This document shows, in pieces, positions 62,860 to 64,000 of a stretch of DNA of 64,000 nucleotides. The notes beneath the pieces were generated by a model. It saw nothing but the letters and a program-made list of their open reading frames with translations, was not told the origin of the DNA and searched no databases. Made by a program: the position numbers and the translations under genes. Numbering within the stretch: position 1 is the stretch's first letter; each line of letters begins with the position of its first letter. Origin of the DNA: Eledone cirrhosa (Eukaryota); assembly GCA_964016885.1 (NCBI GenBank), contig OZ024742.1, forward strand, positions 52,886,001 to 52,950,000. The letters are read 5' to 3'.

Positions 62860-63580
62860 TACCGCATCGTCCTTCGTGTGGGTTAACAAGGGTCGCGTTC
62901 AGGCCTTACGTAAAGGGGCCTATTCGAAAATATATTGCAGTCGCTATTTCATGCCACAAAACTGGCAATGGGTCTGCAAGCTGTCCTGGGAGGCGTGGAA
63001 TGGGCGCTCAAAGATTGCGTGTCCCTGAACTCTAAAGAGGGTCTGGAAGGGAGCAAACCTTGACAATTGGAACCTGGAACATCACAACCCTTACAGGTAA
63101 GGAGCAGGAACTAGTGGAAGAGGCTAGGCGCTACTGGCTAGATATAATCCGAGTTTCCTCTACAAAGTTCCGTGGCTCTGGTACTGTAGATTTGGATGGA
63201 GGATGGAAACTCCACTATTCAGGTGTGGCACCAGAAATGACTGCACATATGGGAGTTGGGATATAACAATCCCCCTGCTGACAGAATGTGTTATGGACTG
63301 GATACCATTAGGAGGGAGGATTTCCCTCTTGAAGCTTAGGCTGAAAGATAGGTCTCTGTAGGTGGTGCAAGTTTGTGCAACAAACAAGGAGTTTAAATAC
63401 AGGTTCTTCCTAAATACAGGTCCGAGCTAAATACGAATGGAGAGGCCTTATTAGACTTCTGTTCTAGAAATGGACTCTCTATTATGAACACCTTCTTCCA
63501 GCTCAGAGACATCCATAAACATGTTTGATATAAGGCGAAACAGGGACAGAGATCAATAATTGATTTTGTTAAAGTTTTGA
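62860..63580 (+). pseudogene. Decayed RTE-clade (Expander-like) LINE endonuclease
   Basis: TIGTWNITTLTGKEQELVEEARRYWLDII.VSSTK.RGSGT..LDGGWKLHYSGV; LLDFCSRNGLSIMNTFFQ; RSIIDF. Confidence 0.8.
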
Positions 63581-63791
63581 CTGAGTTACATTTCTCAATA
63601 TACACTCTAAATGTATGTAGGTAGGTAGGTTGGTATATGTATATATGTAAATATATATATTGTTATACTTGGGGAGGGTCATATTTGTGTAATATTGCCA
63701 GAATTAATAACAGAACACACTCACTGTTTGGTTGGTTTTCGCTTTTCGCTTCTGTGTGTTTTATATCGGTAATCTAATTTATTCGGTCCTC

Positions 63792-64000
63792 AATGTTGCC
63801 ATTGACTGACCGACGGTCAAAAATAATACAGATACAATATAGACACAAACACATATATATAGTTTATCAAAGTTCTTTCGTTGCATATCTGCAACATCGT
63901 CAGTGGTGCTATTTTTTCCTCCCGTTACATTGTATGTCTACGCCATTTTTATTTTGTCCGCCATTTTTATTTTGACCGTCGGTTAGTCAATGGCAACATT
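63792..64000. repeat. Inverted repeat (34-bp arms; second arm reaches window end)
   Basis: aatgttgccattgactgaccgacggtcaaaataa / ttattttgaccgtcggttagtcaatggcaacatt. Confidence 0.8.

Overview
Eukaryotic, repeat-saturated DNA with no confidently identifiable host gene. The (TA)n/(CA)n microsatellite load and the tRNA-derived SINE family resemble octopus/cephalopod genomes (inference from memory, not a search). The main structure, at 2.3-15 kb on the minus strand, is a gap-free head-to-tail chain: SINE <- full-length Tx1/L1-clade LINE (E1) <- full-length Tx1 LINE (E2) <- 5'-truncated Tx1 3' end (E3). Every junction lies in an (ATT)n run that is also the elements' own 3' tail. E1 and E2 each have an intact 1139-aa APE-RT-zf ORF2 but strongly diverged ORF1s. 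The SINE 3' end resembles the Tx1 3' end, suggesting a Tx1/SINE pair that targets and regenerates (ATT)n. The rest of the window holds CRE-like and R4-like RLE LINE fragments, a degenerate fourth Tx1 with a (TATC)n tail, RTE endonuclease relics and an 11-kb 18/19-bp CA-rich satellite with a 3019-bp higher-order duplication. It also has tandem non-autonomous Helitrons and many Penelope-like fold-back relics (two GIY-YIG fragments) carrying about ten minimal hammerhead ribozyme motifs. Coordinates were read by eye and may be off by a few bases.
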